Below, piece by piece: positions 26,010 to 39,033 of a stretch of DNA of 64,000 nt (position 1 is the stretch's first letter; every line of letters begins with the position of its first letter). A model generated the notes under the pieces. The model did not search any database. It saw nothing but the letters and a program-made list of their open reading frames with translations, and was not told where the DNA came from. The DNA is from Chiloscyllium plagiosum (taxonomy: Eukaryota): positions 12,501,969-12,565,968 of the forward strand of contig NC_057719.1 in NCBI RefSeq assembly GCF_004010195.1, in the 5' to 3' direction. The position numbers were made by a program, and so were the translations under genes.

Positions 26010-26272
26010 TGGATTTTGATTCAATAAATATCTGGAGTTAAGATATTAATGATGACCATGAAACCATTGTCAATTGTCATAAAAACCCATCTGGTTCACT
26101 AATGTCCTTTAGGGAAGGAAACTGGCATCTATATCTGGTCTGGACTACATGTGATTGCAGACCCACAGCAATGTGGTTGACTCTTAACTGTTCTCTGGAC
26201 AATTAGGGATGGGCAATAAATGCTGGCGTGACCAGTAACACCCATGTCCTGTGAACGATTAATAATTAAAAA
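26010..26272 (+). mobile_element. SINE with L2-like 3' tail (related copy at ~27035-27280)
   Basis: CTGGTTCACTAATGTCCTTTAGGGAAGGAA core shared with 27192-27222; tail GGGCAATAAATGCTGG shared with the LINE ends at ~28670, ~30845 and ~61000. Confidence 0.65.
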
Positions 26273-27529
26273 ACTACAAATACTTCAAGGTCATGCAAGG
26301 TGTACTGTAACTGCAAATTTTTCTTTCAAGAAGATTCCCTCCAACTTTAGAAATGAAGAGTTATAAACAATCCAATTAGCACAATTTCATAGATTTTCAC
26401 AAAATAGATATTCATGTCTCATGATAAAATGGTTTTTAATAATAACCTTTTTCCTCTAATATCTTAGTACAATGAATTTGACTAATTCATCATTGGCAAA
26501 ATATTACATACCTGATATTTGGGGAAATGCTGTTGATTCTCATTATTACTCATTAGTAAACCATTCCAATGAGCTTCCTTATCAAAGGTGGCTAAGAGTA
26601 AGGTGCTCAATGCTACTGATGGATGGGTGCACGTCCTGTACGGTCTAAAATTAGTTCTCCAGTTCAGATGCTTCCATCTTGTGATAGACATTTTTTAGAC
26701 AATCTGTTCATAAATGTTATTTCTCTGTAACAGGGAAACTTGAACCAGGGCCTCCCAGATCAGAGGTAGGGACACTACCATTGTGCCACAAGAATCTCCC
26801 CCACTGTGAAATCATGGCTTCAGTTAGCCTTGACTAGTGACCCTTAGATACTGAGGATGCTATTTGGAGAAAGAGAAAAACACTGAGTTAAGGAGAATGA
26901 AGGCAGAACCTGCAAGTGGGACCTCCATTTCCAGTGCATGAAATAAATGACTTGGTGTGTGCCAATCTTGTTTGCCTTGGTTTAACATTGCAAGTCCTTT
27001 CCTTCACCTCTCCAGAAATTCATTCACACATTTTGGGTAGGCGATGACCTAGTGGTATTATCACTAGACTATTAATGATCTGGAGACTTGGGATCAAATC
27101 CTGTCATGGCAAATAGTGGAATTTGAATTCAATAAAATATTTAGAATTAATGACAACCATGAATCCATTGTAGATTGTCAGAAATACACACCTGGTTCAC
27201 TAATGTCCTTTAAGGAAGGGAACAGCAGTCCTTCTCTGGTCTGTCTTTACCCACATGATTCCAGACCCACAGCAATATTGGGCCGATGAGACCTGGACCT
27301 GGAACTTCTGGTTCCGAGGTAATAACACTACACTGCACCACAAGCCCCTGAGACAACACTTTAACTGTGCATTGCAATATTGATGCATGTACTAAAACTG
27401 AGCATCTGTTTCACATTAGTTACTGCCTGTTCTTGGTTTGGAGGCCTAGAGTGAAAGGAGGGGAAATTCCTTTCAAGATTTAATGACATTGATTTCTGGT
27501 TGAGTCAGAACCTTGCTGTTTCTTCTTAC

Positions 27530-27618
27530 CTCAGCCTGAGGGAGAAAAGTAATCTGTGTGGAAGCACCTCCCAGGTCCAGGATTCCTACAGTGTTTTCAT
27601 TTGCACCATACAGGTGGC
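27530..27618 (-). CDS. ENTPD5: ENTPD5 coding exon 6 (ACR4)
   Basis: tattttatag|GCCACC...GCTGAG|gtaaga; 89 nt; (G)[29 protein letters not shown] (DLGGASTQ = ACR4). Confidence 0.97.
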
Positions 27619-28071
27619 CTATAAAATATATTTTTTAGAAAGTCAAATTCTGGTTATAAAATGCCACTAGAAATCTTCCTTTCTTAAAAAGATATACAAT
27701 CTCACTTGTACTATAGTGCTACTTGTACTACTTATAGTTATTGAAACTACTGGCCAATCAGCCCAATGAGCTATTCATTTTGGTCTGATTTTTAGCTCAT
27801 TGAGTTAGTCTTGTGTCACTCCCAAAAACTGCAAAATTAATGGGACCTCTGACAGAATCCAAAGTAACACTAGGTTTTTCATTTTTCATCGGATTAAATA
27901 ATGGTTACTGTCTTAAGGTCCTATATTAAGTGTCAGCACAGAATGCTGTGAATTGTGAAAGTTTAGATGGCAACAGGCTGGTAAAGCTACAGCTAAACAA
28001 AAAGCCAGACCATGTTTTCAGCCATTCCAGAAATGGCAATAGTCAGATAGGAAGAGAAAACACACACTTAC

Positions 28072-28107
28072 CAGTCAAGAAGTTTATTGTGATCCAGGCT
28101 AAAATTC
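28072..28107 (-). CDS. ENTPD5: ENTPD5 coding exon 5 (36 nt)
   Basis: ttattttttgtag|GAATTTTAGCCTGGATCACAATAAACTTCTTGACTG|gtaagt; (G)ILAWITINFLT(G). Confidence 0.95.
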
Positions 28108-28624
28108 CTACAAAAAATAAAATGCAATCAGCACAAACATTAAGAATATTTATACATTTAATAACACTGCAGGTGTACAAAACAATGTGAATGTAATGCA
28201 GGAGACTGCTCCTTAGCTTGTTCCCTTGTTAAAGTTTTTCTCCAGAACTCTTTGGATCACTGCACTTCTTTCTTGACACTACTCTAATAAGTTAAGAACT
28301 GGGCCATTATTTCTTTAATGTACATTTTAACCAACTTAATGTGCTCAGGTAACATTCTGTTTATAGTTTCCACATCTTTTTATAATTGTACCCTTTGGTT
28401 CTTTACATACATATCCCACTGACCTTTGGCATCACATTTCTCTCATTAATACAATAACATACCTTTAATTAAAGCAACTATTGTGGTGGGGTCAGAACCA
28501 GAGGTAATTCTGTTTGTACTAAAAACACAGCAAATGATAATGATATGCAATGCACTGACTGACTTGGAGGAAATTGAATCAATTATAACTTTAATAAAAG
28601 AGGGCATAAAATATTTTCAATCAT

Positions 28625-30640
28625 CATTTTTCTATTCATTCATGGGATGTGGGAGATGGTGGCTAGGCCAGCATTTATTTCTCATCCCTAGTTGTTCTTT
28701 AGAAGGTGGTACTAAGCTACCTTCTTTAAGCACTGCAATCCATTTGGTGCAGGTTCACCCACAATGCCATGAGAGAGGGAATTCCAGGATTTTGACCCTG
28801 TGAAGTGAAGGAATAGCAATATGTCAATATGGTGAGTGGCTTGGAAGGGAACTTGCAAGTGATGATGTTCCCACATATCTGCTGCCTTTGTCCTTCTAGA
28901 TAGAAGTGGTTGGGGGTTGTAAATTGCAGTCTATGAATCCTTCTGTGGTGCATCTTGTAGATAGTATAAACTGCTGCTACTAAGTGACGGTGGTGGATGG
29001 AGAGAATTTTTATGGATGGCTAATCAAATGGGTTGATTTGTCCTGGATGGTGTCAAGCTTCTTGAATGTTGTTGGAGCTGCAGTCACCCAAGCAAGTGGG
29101 GTGTATTCCATCACACTACTGACTCGAGTGGTGTAGATGGTGGACAGGCTTTGGGACTCAGGAGATGAGTTACTCACCGCGGCAGTCCTAGCATCTGACC
29201 TGCTATTATGGCTACTGTATTTATATAGCCAGTCCAATTGAGTTTCTGGTCAATGCTAACCCCTAGGATGTTGACAGTGGTGGATTCAACATTGGTAAAA
29301 CATTGAATGTCAAAGGGCAGAGGTCAGATTGTCTCTACTGGAGATGATCATTGCCTGGCATTTGTGTGTTGCGAATGTCACTCACCACTTTTCATCCCAA
29401 GCCTGGATTTTGCCCAGGTCTTGTTGTATTTGAACATGGACTGCTTCAGTATCTGAGGAGTCATGATTGGTGCTGAACATTGCACAATCAGCAGCATACA
29501 TCCCCAATTCTGACCTTATGATGAAGGGGAGGTCACTGTTGAAGCAACTGAAGATGGTGGAGCCTAGGACCCTACCCTGAGGAATTCCCACAGAGATGTC
29601 CTGCAGCTGAGATGACAGACTGCCAACAACAACAACCAATTTTCTATGTACCAGGTAGTGACACCAGTAGAGAGATGTGTCCCCCGCCCCACCACCATTG
29701 CCCCCAGATTCTCATTAATTCCAGTTTTGCTAGGGTTGATGCCACACTTGGTCAAATCTTGACCCTCACCTCACTTCTGAAATTCAGCACTTTTGCGCAT
29801 GTTTGAACCAATGGCATAATGAGGACAGGAGTTGAGTGACCCTTACAGAACACAAACTGGGTATCAGTGAATAGGTTGTAGCGAAGCAGCTATGTCCACA
29901 ACATAGCTCAGTTGCGGACATACTTATGGATTTGATGCCAGTCAACTGGGCTACATTCCATTATAACCCTGACTTGTGTCTTATGGACAGGCTTTATGGG
30001 GTAAGGATAGATCAATTAATGCAAGATTGCTAGCCTCTGACTTGCTCTTGTAGCCACAGTGTTTATATAGAATCAATAGAATCCATACAGTGTGACTACA
30101 GTCCATTCAGCCCATTAAGTCACTGACATTCCAAAGAGCATCCAACCCAAACCCACCCCTCCCCTCTTCCCTATCTTTGTAACCTGCATTTCCCATGGCC
30201 AATCCACCTAGCCTACACATCTTTGGACTGGTGGTTAATCCAGTTCAGTTTTTTTGTCACTGGTAACCTCTAGAATGTTGACAGCGGGGGTTTCAGTGAT
30301 GATTATGCCATTAGATTTCATGGGTTTATAGTTAAAGTCTCTTTTGTTGGAGATGGTCATTGCCTGGCATTTGTGTAGAGAAAATATTACTTGCCACTGA
30401 ATTGTCCAGATCTTGCTGCATTTTGACCTGGACTGTTTCAGAATGTGAGGAATCGTGAATGGCACTGACCATTATGCAATCATCAGTGAATATCTCCAAT
30501 GCTGAAGTTATGACTAAGGGATGCCCATTGATGAAGCCACTGAAAATGGTTGGACCTGGAACAATATCCTGAGAAAATCCTGCAGAAATGTCCTGGACCT
30601 GAGATGACTGACTCCAACATCTATAAACATCTTTCTTTGA
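28625..30640 (-). mobile_element. L2/CR1-group LINE RT and 3' fragments (two partial copies, with a short SINE piece at ~30068-30232)
   Basis: GIPQGRVLGSTIFSCF, MYAADC, VSSVMEYTPLAW, KKLDTIQ; 3' end with (GAAT)n. Confidence 0.8.
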
Positions 30641-31724
30641 GCCACACTAAAATGTTCAGATATATCATGAAACATCTCTCAAGAAGATGGGACTTTAACC
30701 CAGGGCTTCTGGCCCAGAGCTAGAGACACTAGGGGTGAGTAATTCCAGAGGTGAGGTGAGAGTGACAGCCCTTCACATCAAAGTCACAACTGCTGTGGTT
30801 AAAGAAGGCAGCTCATAGCCACCTTCTGAAGGGCAACTCAGGACAGGCAATAAATGCTGGCCAGCCATCAATGCTCACATCCCATGAGTAAATACATAAA
30901 TAAAAAAAACCACCACATACAAGAGCCTTAAAGGTAGAATATAAATTTGCAAAAAGAAATGAAAACTGAAGAACAGAGTGGCAGAGTCTAGTTGCTTAGA
31001 TTTTCCAAGAGTCATACAGACTCTGTCCAAAGCCTGAAACCATCCCAAATTTTCCTTTCATAAACAATATAAGTCAAGATCATGAATCACTAGATCTCAT
31101 AAGTCAAAGCCATAATAACATTTATAATGGTGACAAATTTTGATTTACCAATTTAAAAACACAGATAGTTATATCATAATAGATCTTGATCACTGGGCCA
31201 GTGAGCCAAGGAGTGGCAGGAGAAATTTAATTTAGATAAATGCAAATTGTTGCATTTTGGTAAGATAAACCAGGGCAGGACTCGCACAGTTAATGGTATT
31301 GTAGAACAGAGAGACCTTGGGGTATGGTGCTTAGCTCCTTGAAAGTGGCTTCACAGTAGGTAGGGTGGTGAAGGCAGCATTTGGCACACTTGCCTTCATT
31401 GGTTACTACTTGGCATAAACAATAAAATTATTTGGCATAACCTATTGTTCTGATGAAGGGCCATTGAATTAAAATATTAAATCAGCTTCTGTATACAGAT
31501 GCTGCCCAATCTGCTGTGCGCTTCCAGCTTTACAACTTGCATTTATACCTTAAAACTGGTAATAAATTCCAAGATACCTCACAGACATGCAATCAGATCA
31601 AGTTGCATCAAATAAAGGAGATGTCTGGACTGGCAAAAGAGGTAGATTTGAAGGATCTGGGATGGCGGGAATAAAATGAAGGAATTTTGGAGTTTAGGCT
31701 GAGATGGATGAAAGCACATCAGAC

Positions 31725-31800
31725 TGTGGTTATGTTAAAGGGATAGGGACAAGTTGGAGGAATGTGGTTATGTTAAAGGGATAGGGACAAGTTGGAGGAA
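31725..31800 (+). repeat. Perfect 38-bp tandem duplication
   Basis: TGTGGTTATGTTAAAGGGATAGGGACAAGTTGGAGGAA twice. Confidence 0.95.
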
Positions 31801-31839
31801 TGTAGAATTCTCAGAGCAATGTATAGCTGGAGGGCCACA

Positions 31840-32925
31840 GGACCATAGATAGAGGAGCAGGATTAAGCCATTCAGCCCATTCATTCTGTGCTGCTATATT
31901 TCTTAACCCCATTTTCCTTCCATCTCCCTGTAACCCTTGATCCCCTGACATGTCAAGAGCCTATCTATCTGTCTTAAATACACTAAATGACTTGACATCT
32001 TGGCATCTATAACCCTCTGTAGTAATGAGTTCTACAGAGTCATCACCTTCTGGCTGAAGAAATTCCTCCTCATTTTAGCTCTAAAGGATTGTCCCTTCAT
32101 CCTGAGTCTCTGCCTCCTGGTGCTAGTCTCCTATTAGTGGATACGTCTTCTCATGTCCAATCTGTACAGGCCTCACAGTGTCCTTTAACTTTTAATCAGA
32201 TACTACTTCATCCTTCTAAATTCCACTGAGCACAGATCCAGAGTTCTCGTGAGTGCCCTTCATCTCTGGGATAATTCTTGTAAACCTCTTCTGGACCCCC
32301 TCCTATGGCAGCGCATCTTTCCTTAGATATGGGGCCCAAAATGGCTTACAATATCCCAAGTGTGCTCTGACCAGAGCCTTATACATCTCTGATCTTGTTT
32401 TCTAGACCTCTTGAAATGAAGGCCAACACTGCATTTGCCTTCCTAGCTGCTAACTGAACCTGTATGTTTAATCTTAACAGAATCCTGAACTAGAACTCCC
32501 AAGTTTCTTTGTGTTTCAGGTTTCCTAAGCCTTTCCCTATTTAAAAAATAGTCTACACTTCTATTCTTTCTACCAAAGTATATAACATCACACTTTATCA
32601 CATTGTATTCCAATTCTTTCTGCAGGCTTCCCATTTCCTCAACTCTATTCTCTTCCCAACTACCTTGTGTCATCTGGAAATTTACCAACAGTGCCTTCAA
32701 TTTCTTCATTCAAATTGTTAACATATAATGTGAATAGTTGTGGTCCCAAAACTGCCCCCTGTGGAACTCCATGAGTCAATAGCTACCATCCTGAAAAAGA
32801 ACGCTTTAACACTACTCTCTGCCTTCTACCAGTCAGCCATTCCTCTATCCATGCCAGTACCTTGTCCCTAACACCATGGGCTCTTATCTTATTTAGCAGC
32901 CTCCTGTACAGCACCTTATCAAAGG
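31840..32925 (-). mobile_element. Decayed CR1 3' region (third subfamily)
   Basis: YNVIKCDVIYFGRKN..YFLNRERL..QRNLGVLVQ. Confidence 0.8.
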
Positions 32926-34223
32926 AGGACATAGAGAAATAGAGCGCCTAATTGGAAATAGAATGGGGAGGAGTTGGTAGTTGGCATTTGAACAAGAGGG
33001 TGAGAAATTTAAATTCAAAGTATTGCCAGTCTGGAAGCTAATGCAGACATGATAAGTAAATGGAGTTGGACCATTTCAAATTTGCAGAGAGTAAAAAGGA
33101 TGGTATATCCAGCAGGAGAACAATGGAACAATCAAGTCTGTAGGTAACTAAAGCACGAATGAGACTTGCAGTAGCGGAGGTGATGATGACAATATTATGG
33201 AGCTGGCAGGAGGTAGTCTGAATGACGGAGACGATATGGAGTCAGAAGTAGAACTCAGGGACAAACGTAACAAGATTGCAAGTTGTCTGCTTCAGCCTGC
33301 GGCAGTAAGCAGGGAATTGGTACCTCAGGAATAGAAGTGTGAAAATAGTTTAGCTTGGATTTCAAGCTAACAGTCTGACACCAAAGAGGCTGTGAAGGAA
33401 TTGAGGGGTAGAATTAGGTCAGGAACATAACATCACAAAATAGAAACGGGAGGTGGCACCTAGAGCCTAGTCTGCTATTCAGTACTATCATAATTTGAAT
33501 GATCGTGTTTTTCAATTCTACCGAAATTTGTTATTTTATCTTTTGACTCTAGTTTTCCTGCCATCTCCTCGCCTCACTAACCAACTTCTGAAATGGACAT
33601 GTGCTTGAATAAGCTTCTTTCAGCAGTTCACCCAAATAGGCAGTCTTCATGCAAAAGTCTGAGTAGGGTGACCAAAGACCTATTGACCACAGGAGCAATT
33701 TTATCAAAGCTCAAGGGAGCTCAAGTCTTAGTGTCCCTGCCGGTGAGTCAGAAGTCCCATGTTCAAGTTCCACCTGATCGACAGATAGGTCATAATAGGT
33801 CTGAACAGGTTGTTTAAAAATATCTATCCATGACCATTACATCCCAGTTTCCAATACACAGAGAGACACACACCTATTGCAGGGTAGAATTCAGCAGCAA
33901 GAACCATACAGCTTCATCCTCAAGACAGGAAAAATGGGAGGTTTTATATATTTGTTGAGGAAGCAAGTACTTATGTAATACAAGTAACAATATCTAAATT
34001 GCAACTTAAATTATTATAATTCAGCATAACTAATGTGGACTTCAAATTATATTTAACTGGTCATCAGATTTGTAGAAAGTCATAGAAGTATATTGTCCCT
34101 TTCCATCCCAAATGGTGCAGCAAAAAATAATTAATTTTCTAGAAATTGGAAAATTATTCCCAGTCTAGAGACATAATTAGCAACAGAGGAGAAAATAAGC
34201 ACACATGAAATTTTGGTACCAAC

Positions 34224-34299
34224 CTTCATATGTGCCGTTCATTATACTAACACAGTCAGCTGGTACTAGAAAAGGTGAATCCTCAAATAGTTCCTGGAC
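34224..34299 (-). CDS. ENTPD5: ENTPD5 coding exon 4 (start of ACR3)
   Basis: ttctcaatccag|GTCCAG...TATGAAG|gttggt; 76 nt; [25 protein letters not shown](G), including the catalytic Glu of ACR3. Confidence 0.96.
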
Positions 34300-34758
34300 C
34301 TGGATTGAGAATACATATATTAGTGCTATTGCTGATTTATTTTATACTATGCCTATGTGATTTTCATCTTTTTTTCTAAAATCTCCCTCAAGGTTAGATT
34401 CTCATTTTCACCATTTACCCTTACCATCAATCAATTGGTTCTCACAATTTTCCACCCTCCATAACACTGTTTCTACTTCTTCAAAGAAAAGTCCCCTGAC
34501 AGGGATACAATTCTCTTGAGACTACAGTACTTCAGAAGCATACATTCTTGGAATGTGGGGGTTGCTGGCAAGGCTAGCATTCATTATCCATTTGTAGCTG
34601 TCCTGAAATGATGGTGATAGGCCTACTTGAAGCACTGATGATTTAATCAAGTGAATGACTCATAAGGTCATTTTAGTGGGGAGCATAAAGTTAGATTTAC
34701 ATTTATGTCAGTTGGATAAGGAAAGCAAATTTGATTTGCTAAAATGAATATAGTGAAC

Positions 34759-34936
34759 AGCATCTGAGGAACAGGAGAATCGATGTTTCGGGCATAAGCC
34801 CTTCATCAGGAAATTCCCAATGAAGGGCTTATGCCCGAAATGCCAATTCTCCTGCTCCTCAGATGCTACCTGACCTGCTGTGCTTTTCCAGCACCACATT
34901 CTCGACTCTTCAGCATCTGCAGTCTTCACTTTCTCC
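34759..34936. mobile_element. Fold-back Penelope-terminus insertion
   Basis: Inverted arms 34759-34810 / ~34815-34868 centred on the hammerhead; TSD atagtgaac at 34750-34758 and 34937-34945. Confidence 0.82.
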
Positions 34937-35443
34937 ATAGTGAACGAATTGGATATTTAGAGTAACTTAATTCTTTTATTGATAAAGACTTATTTTTAGA
35001 TTAAAAATATGCTGAATTCAAATTTGCAAACTATCATGGTGTGCTTTGAACTCGGGATAATACCATGCATATTGCTGATTTGTATCTAGGTAGCATAAAC
35101 AAGTCAGTCTGGTTTGAACACATTTGCTTGAACATAAGCAATAAATTTTTGTCATAAAATAGCACAGTTCCAGTCATTATACCACTTCTTAGTCTTTAAA
35201 GTGTTACCAAGCTGAAAGAGTATTAGATCTGTAATAAAAAAACTCACAGATTTTTGATAACTGGAAAAGTCAAATTCCTTTTTACTACATGGAAGCTTAT
35301 GGCATTTTGAGGATTACTTTCTGTGACTTCACCCACACAAGTGGCTTTGCCTGATACCAAGATATTAGATTAACCCTGTATCCTGAATTTGGCTTTTTTC
35401 CCCATGTAATGGATATTTGCATCAATATATTATAAGGTCACAC

Positions 35444-35587
35444 CTCTAATAGCAAAGCTTGGGCTTTCTGCTCTGGAAGCAATCGCAGTCCTGCTGTGGC
35501 TTTTAATACCACAGGGGTAGTGTGCCAGTGGGTTGAAGGTATTGTCTGCTTTGCCACATCCAGTAGTTCGCGTACAGTCTCTGCACC
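35444..35587 (-). CDS. ENTPD5: ENTPD5 coding exon 3 (ACR2)
   Basis: tattttag|GGTGCA...TTAGAG|gtgtga; 144 nt; [48 protein letters not shown] (KATAGLR = ACR2). Confidence 0.97.
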
Positions 35588-36991
35588 CTAAAATACAATA
35601 ACATAGGGCTTTGAACAACAGGCTTTCTACTGTCTGTTCTACACAATACTATAAGTGTGCCAGATCTGAATACTTGTACACAGAAAGTGATTTCAAACTA
35701 CAGCATAATAAACAGAGCCCAGTGCTATGAAGGTAGTCACTGTTTCACTCTGTACAATGTCCTTTTATATCTAAAAGTTGTCTGTGATTCATTAAAATGC
35801 TGTCAATTTTCTACAAGACAATAATGGAAACACCACAAGTGTCAATAGGGTTCAAGCTATATATATACATATTTATACGTACTATCGCTATGATCAATAC
35901 TTCAATTTCTAACAAGTGAATTAGGCACACAGTGGAGAGTTTGCCTTTGCCTCACTGTGTTTACTCAACAAGTACACAGTTCTTCCTGAAGGCTCTTTCC
36001 TCCCTGTTGGATGCTCTGCAGCCAAGAAGCTGAAAGAAGATTTTTAAAAAATCTATTATGAGCTTCCATTTCATTGAAGGAGATTCAAGCAGATTCACAA
36101 CTCCACAACCTGCTCTGAAACTTTTGTTCCCATTTTGACAGATGTGACAGATCCCACCAGCAGGGACAATCTATAGTGTTTCAAAATAAGTAGCAACATT
36201 CTGAATCAAACAACCCATAATATTCTAAAATAAAACAGTTAATTCGCTCAATGCTAACAATCCTTAAATATGTTCCTGTATCTGTACCTAATTCCCTATC
36301 TCTGCATATCAGTTCTTCCTTGGACACACCCTGTCAGGGTACCAAGTTCAACTAAGATCTATTCAATAATTACTTGAGAGATATTGTTTACAGATTAAGA
36401 GGGATGATGTTGTTAGAAACAAAAACATAGGAGCTGCCAAATGGAAAATGATCATGACTTATTAATTTCACTGTTTACCATCCTGGTGCTCTTAACATCT
36501 TCATGATTGTTGAAAATTAACTAATCATGGTGACAGTAAAATATCAGTGGTAAACAGTTTTGGGAAGCTGTCATGCATAGAGTGCATGTAAAACAAATAA
36601 GGGAAGGATCCTAATCTCCTCCCCTCACACCCTAGAAAGAACAGAGAAAGAACAAGGCACACAAAGAAACAAACTTGCTCTGACTTGCTGATGTAACTTG
36701 GAACTTTGTCCTTTGCGTGCAGCAGTATAAATACAGAGTGTAAACCTTTGCCCATTGGTATTAGAAGAGGTGTGTCAACAAAAAACAGTCTTTCTAGTTT
36801 GTTAGGTAACTTTAAACATTCCCAGTTACACCAGCAGTCTCACAAATCACAATTGTAGAGATAGCTGGGTTTAATATAATAGATTACAATATACTAATTT
36901 ATTATAGTACAGCACACATAAACTAGTACAAGAGATCACTGATACCATAACTAAATAGGTTAATATGTCCATTAAGAATTACAGAACTCAC

Positions 36992-37068
36992 CTGCTCAGG
37001 GTCATCTACATAAGCTGACAGACCAGGTTTTACCGATTCAAATATTTCACTGTCGACTTGAGGGGGTT
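36992..37068 (-). CDS. ENTPD5: ENTPD5 coding exon 2
   Basis: ttttcaaacag|AACCCCCT...GAGCAG|gtgagt; 77 nt; (E)PPQVDSEIFESVKPGLSAYVDDPEQ with the VKPGLS motif; frame continuous with the previous exon. Confidence 0.96.
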
Positions 37069-38260
37069 CTGTTTGAAAAACATGTTGGTTACTTATTTGA
37101 AACTGTTTAAAGCAATTTACAATTTAAAACAAATTTTGCAAGAAGTATTTGTCTCAAATGGGATATCTAAGAAGGAAGAAGTGCTTTGTTGTTGTATTTA
37201 CCATACTAGTCCAACGGCTTTAAATGCAATTATCTTGAAATGCAGCAACTTATGCAAGCAACACCAGAATCATGCAATGCAGAGCAAGATTCCACAAAGG
37301 GCAATGAGAAGACCGACAAATTAATCTATTATGGGTAGTGTCCTTTGAGGAGGAACGTTGGTCAGGATACCCAGAAAACTTCTTTTTATACTTTGAATGA
37401 GCCACAGAGATCCAATTGTTATTTCTGATCTCCACTTTCCATAGTGGATTGGTGGGATTGCAGCCTTCAGATCTTTCCCTTCTGCTATTGCTGCGACTGG
37501 TTACTGGGCAATACTTACACGGAGGCATACTTTTCCTTGATTTCAGTCTGCAATTTGCCTGATGGATCAAGATCAGTGGGCACAAACATACGGACATGGA
37601 CTCTGCAGTTTTGTCTGAATTGCTCTTGTCACTTACCTACAGATTCTGAGCACTCTTGCACTATGTAACTAAAGCGCTGAAATACCGCAGTGTCCTGACA
37701 GGGAATCAGGCAATGTGAGAATTGGGCAAGGAATTAAGTAACCAACTGACTGAAGAATCCTTACTGAGGTTTGCAGAACCTAAACCAGTAAGTATAAATT
37801 AGAACATTCAAAACAAAATCATTTACATAATAAATAATTGGAAAAGGTGGATTAAGAGAGAAAAATAAAGTAACTAAAATCTCTAACAATAATTAAAATG
37901 TGAAGGAATGACATCGGATTTCTAATAAATAAAGACTTTTCTTAAGGCCAGAGATGTTGTTTGACAGAAATTAAGATTTACCACACCATTGAAATGTCAC
38001 TTGCACTTGAATGGACAGGCCCCAATTTTCTTTGGCATGTTTTATTTGTAAACACTGCAAATTCATGCTCCCCTCATATGTGGCAAAGAGTTGCATTTAA
38101 GGCTAACAAAATGCTGCTCTCAGAATGAATGTACACCAACATTCCAAAAACCCTCAAAACTCAATTAGCAACCATCAACAGCTAGACATGCATACAAGGT
38201 TGGATTAAGTTAAAAATCATACAACACCAGGTTATAGTCCAACAGGTTTAATTGGAAGCA

Positions 38261-38295
38261 CACTAGCTTTCGGAGCGACGCTCCTTCATCAGGTA
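38261..38295 (-). ncRNA. Minimal hammerhead ribozyme motif (second Penelope-like family; host fragment ~38210-38385)
   Basis: Minus strand: tac-CTGATGA-A-GGAGC-GTC-GCTCC-GAAA-GCTA-gtg; full catalytic core, 5-bp stem II, palindromic AGCT stem III, 3-bp stem I. Confidence 0.7.
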
Positions 38296-38429
38296 ATTGT
38301 GGAGGGCTCGATCGTAACACAGAATTTACAGCAAAAATTTGCAGTGCGATGTAACTGAAATTATACATTGAAAAATTGACAACTTGCAACGAGTCAATGG
38401 AGTCGGTGTATAGGGAAAAATGTACTTAC

Positions 38430-38658
38430 CAAGGCCTTTCTGAATGAAAGAGTAGATGTGTATGCGTGTCCCAGTACTTCCAGCATCAAACATGATTCCA
38501 TAAAACACATTGGATACATTTACAGATGTTAGCCTTGAAGGTAAGATGTCCGGATTTTCAATTCCATATTGTGGGCTATAAACATCTGCTTCTGACAAAA
38601 TAATGTAAGGCAGGGTAACAAGAAACTGCAGAACAAAGAGATCCCTCAGGAATTCCAT
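38430..38658 (-). CDS. ENTPD5: ENTPD5 first coding exon (signal-peptide-like N-terminus plus ACR1); the exon probably extends through 5'UTR to an acceptor at 38729
   Basis: [24 protein letters not shown]...[25 protein letters not shown] contains apyrase conserved region 1 (DAGSTGTR). Donor G|gtaagt at 38429; 229 nt, phase 1. Upstream acceptor ttttcctgttccag. Confidence 0.96.
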
Positions 38659-39033
38659 CTTTTCTTAGAGAAGAAATGTTGGAAATGGCAGTGAAGGTCT
38701 TGTTTGGAATCTAATTGTACCTTACGAATCTGGAACAGGAAAATTTTGTTAAACAGTTTCTGTTGATGATTTTTAAGAAGATTTGTAGCTCAGATTGAAG
38801 TTCTGGATGTAAATTTGCTCGCTGAACTGTAAGGTTCATTTTCAGATGTTCGTCATCATTCTAGGTAACATCATCAGGGAGACTCCGGTGAAGCACTGGT
38901 GTTACGTCCCACTTTCTATGTATACGTCTTGATTTCTTAGGGTGGGTGATATTATTTCCAGTTCTTTTTCTCAGAGGATTGTAGATGGGGTCCAAATCTA
39001 TCTGTTTATTGATGGAGTTCCAGTTAGAATGCC

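Noticed and set aside
31450..31530. CTGATGAAGGG followed by a GATGCTGCC tail
   Set aside because: Probably an old PLE terminus, but stem II and GAAA are lost; not counted as a ribozyme.
35955..36030. Possible extra ENTPD5 cassette exon (minus-strand acceptor aaaatcttctttcag)
   Set aside because: The flanking exons already join in frame, the donor is unconvincing and the peptide has no NTPDase similarity.
38326..38429. C-terminal extension of the 110-aa ORF (GKYIFPYTP...)
   Set aside because: Read-through into the intron past the gtaagt donor.
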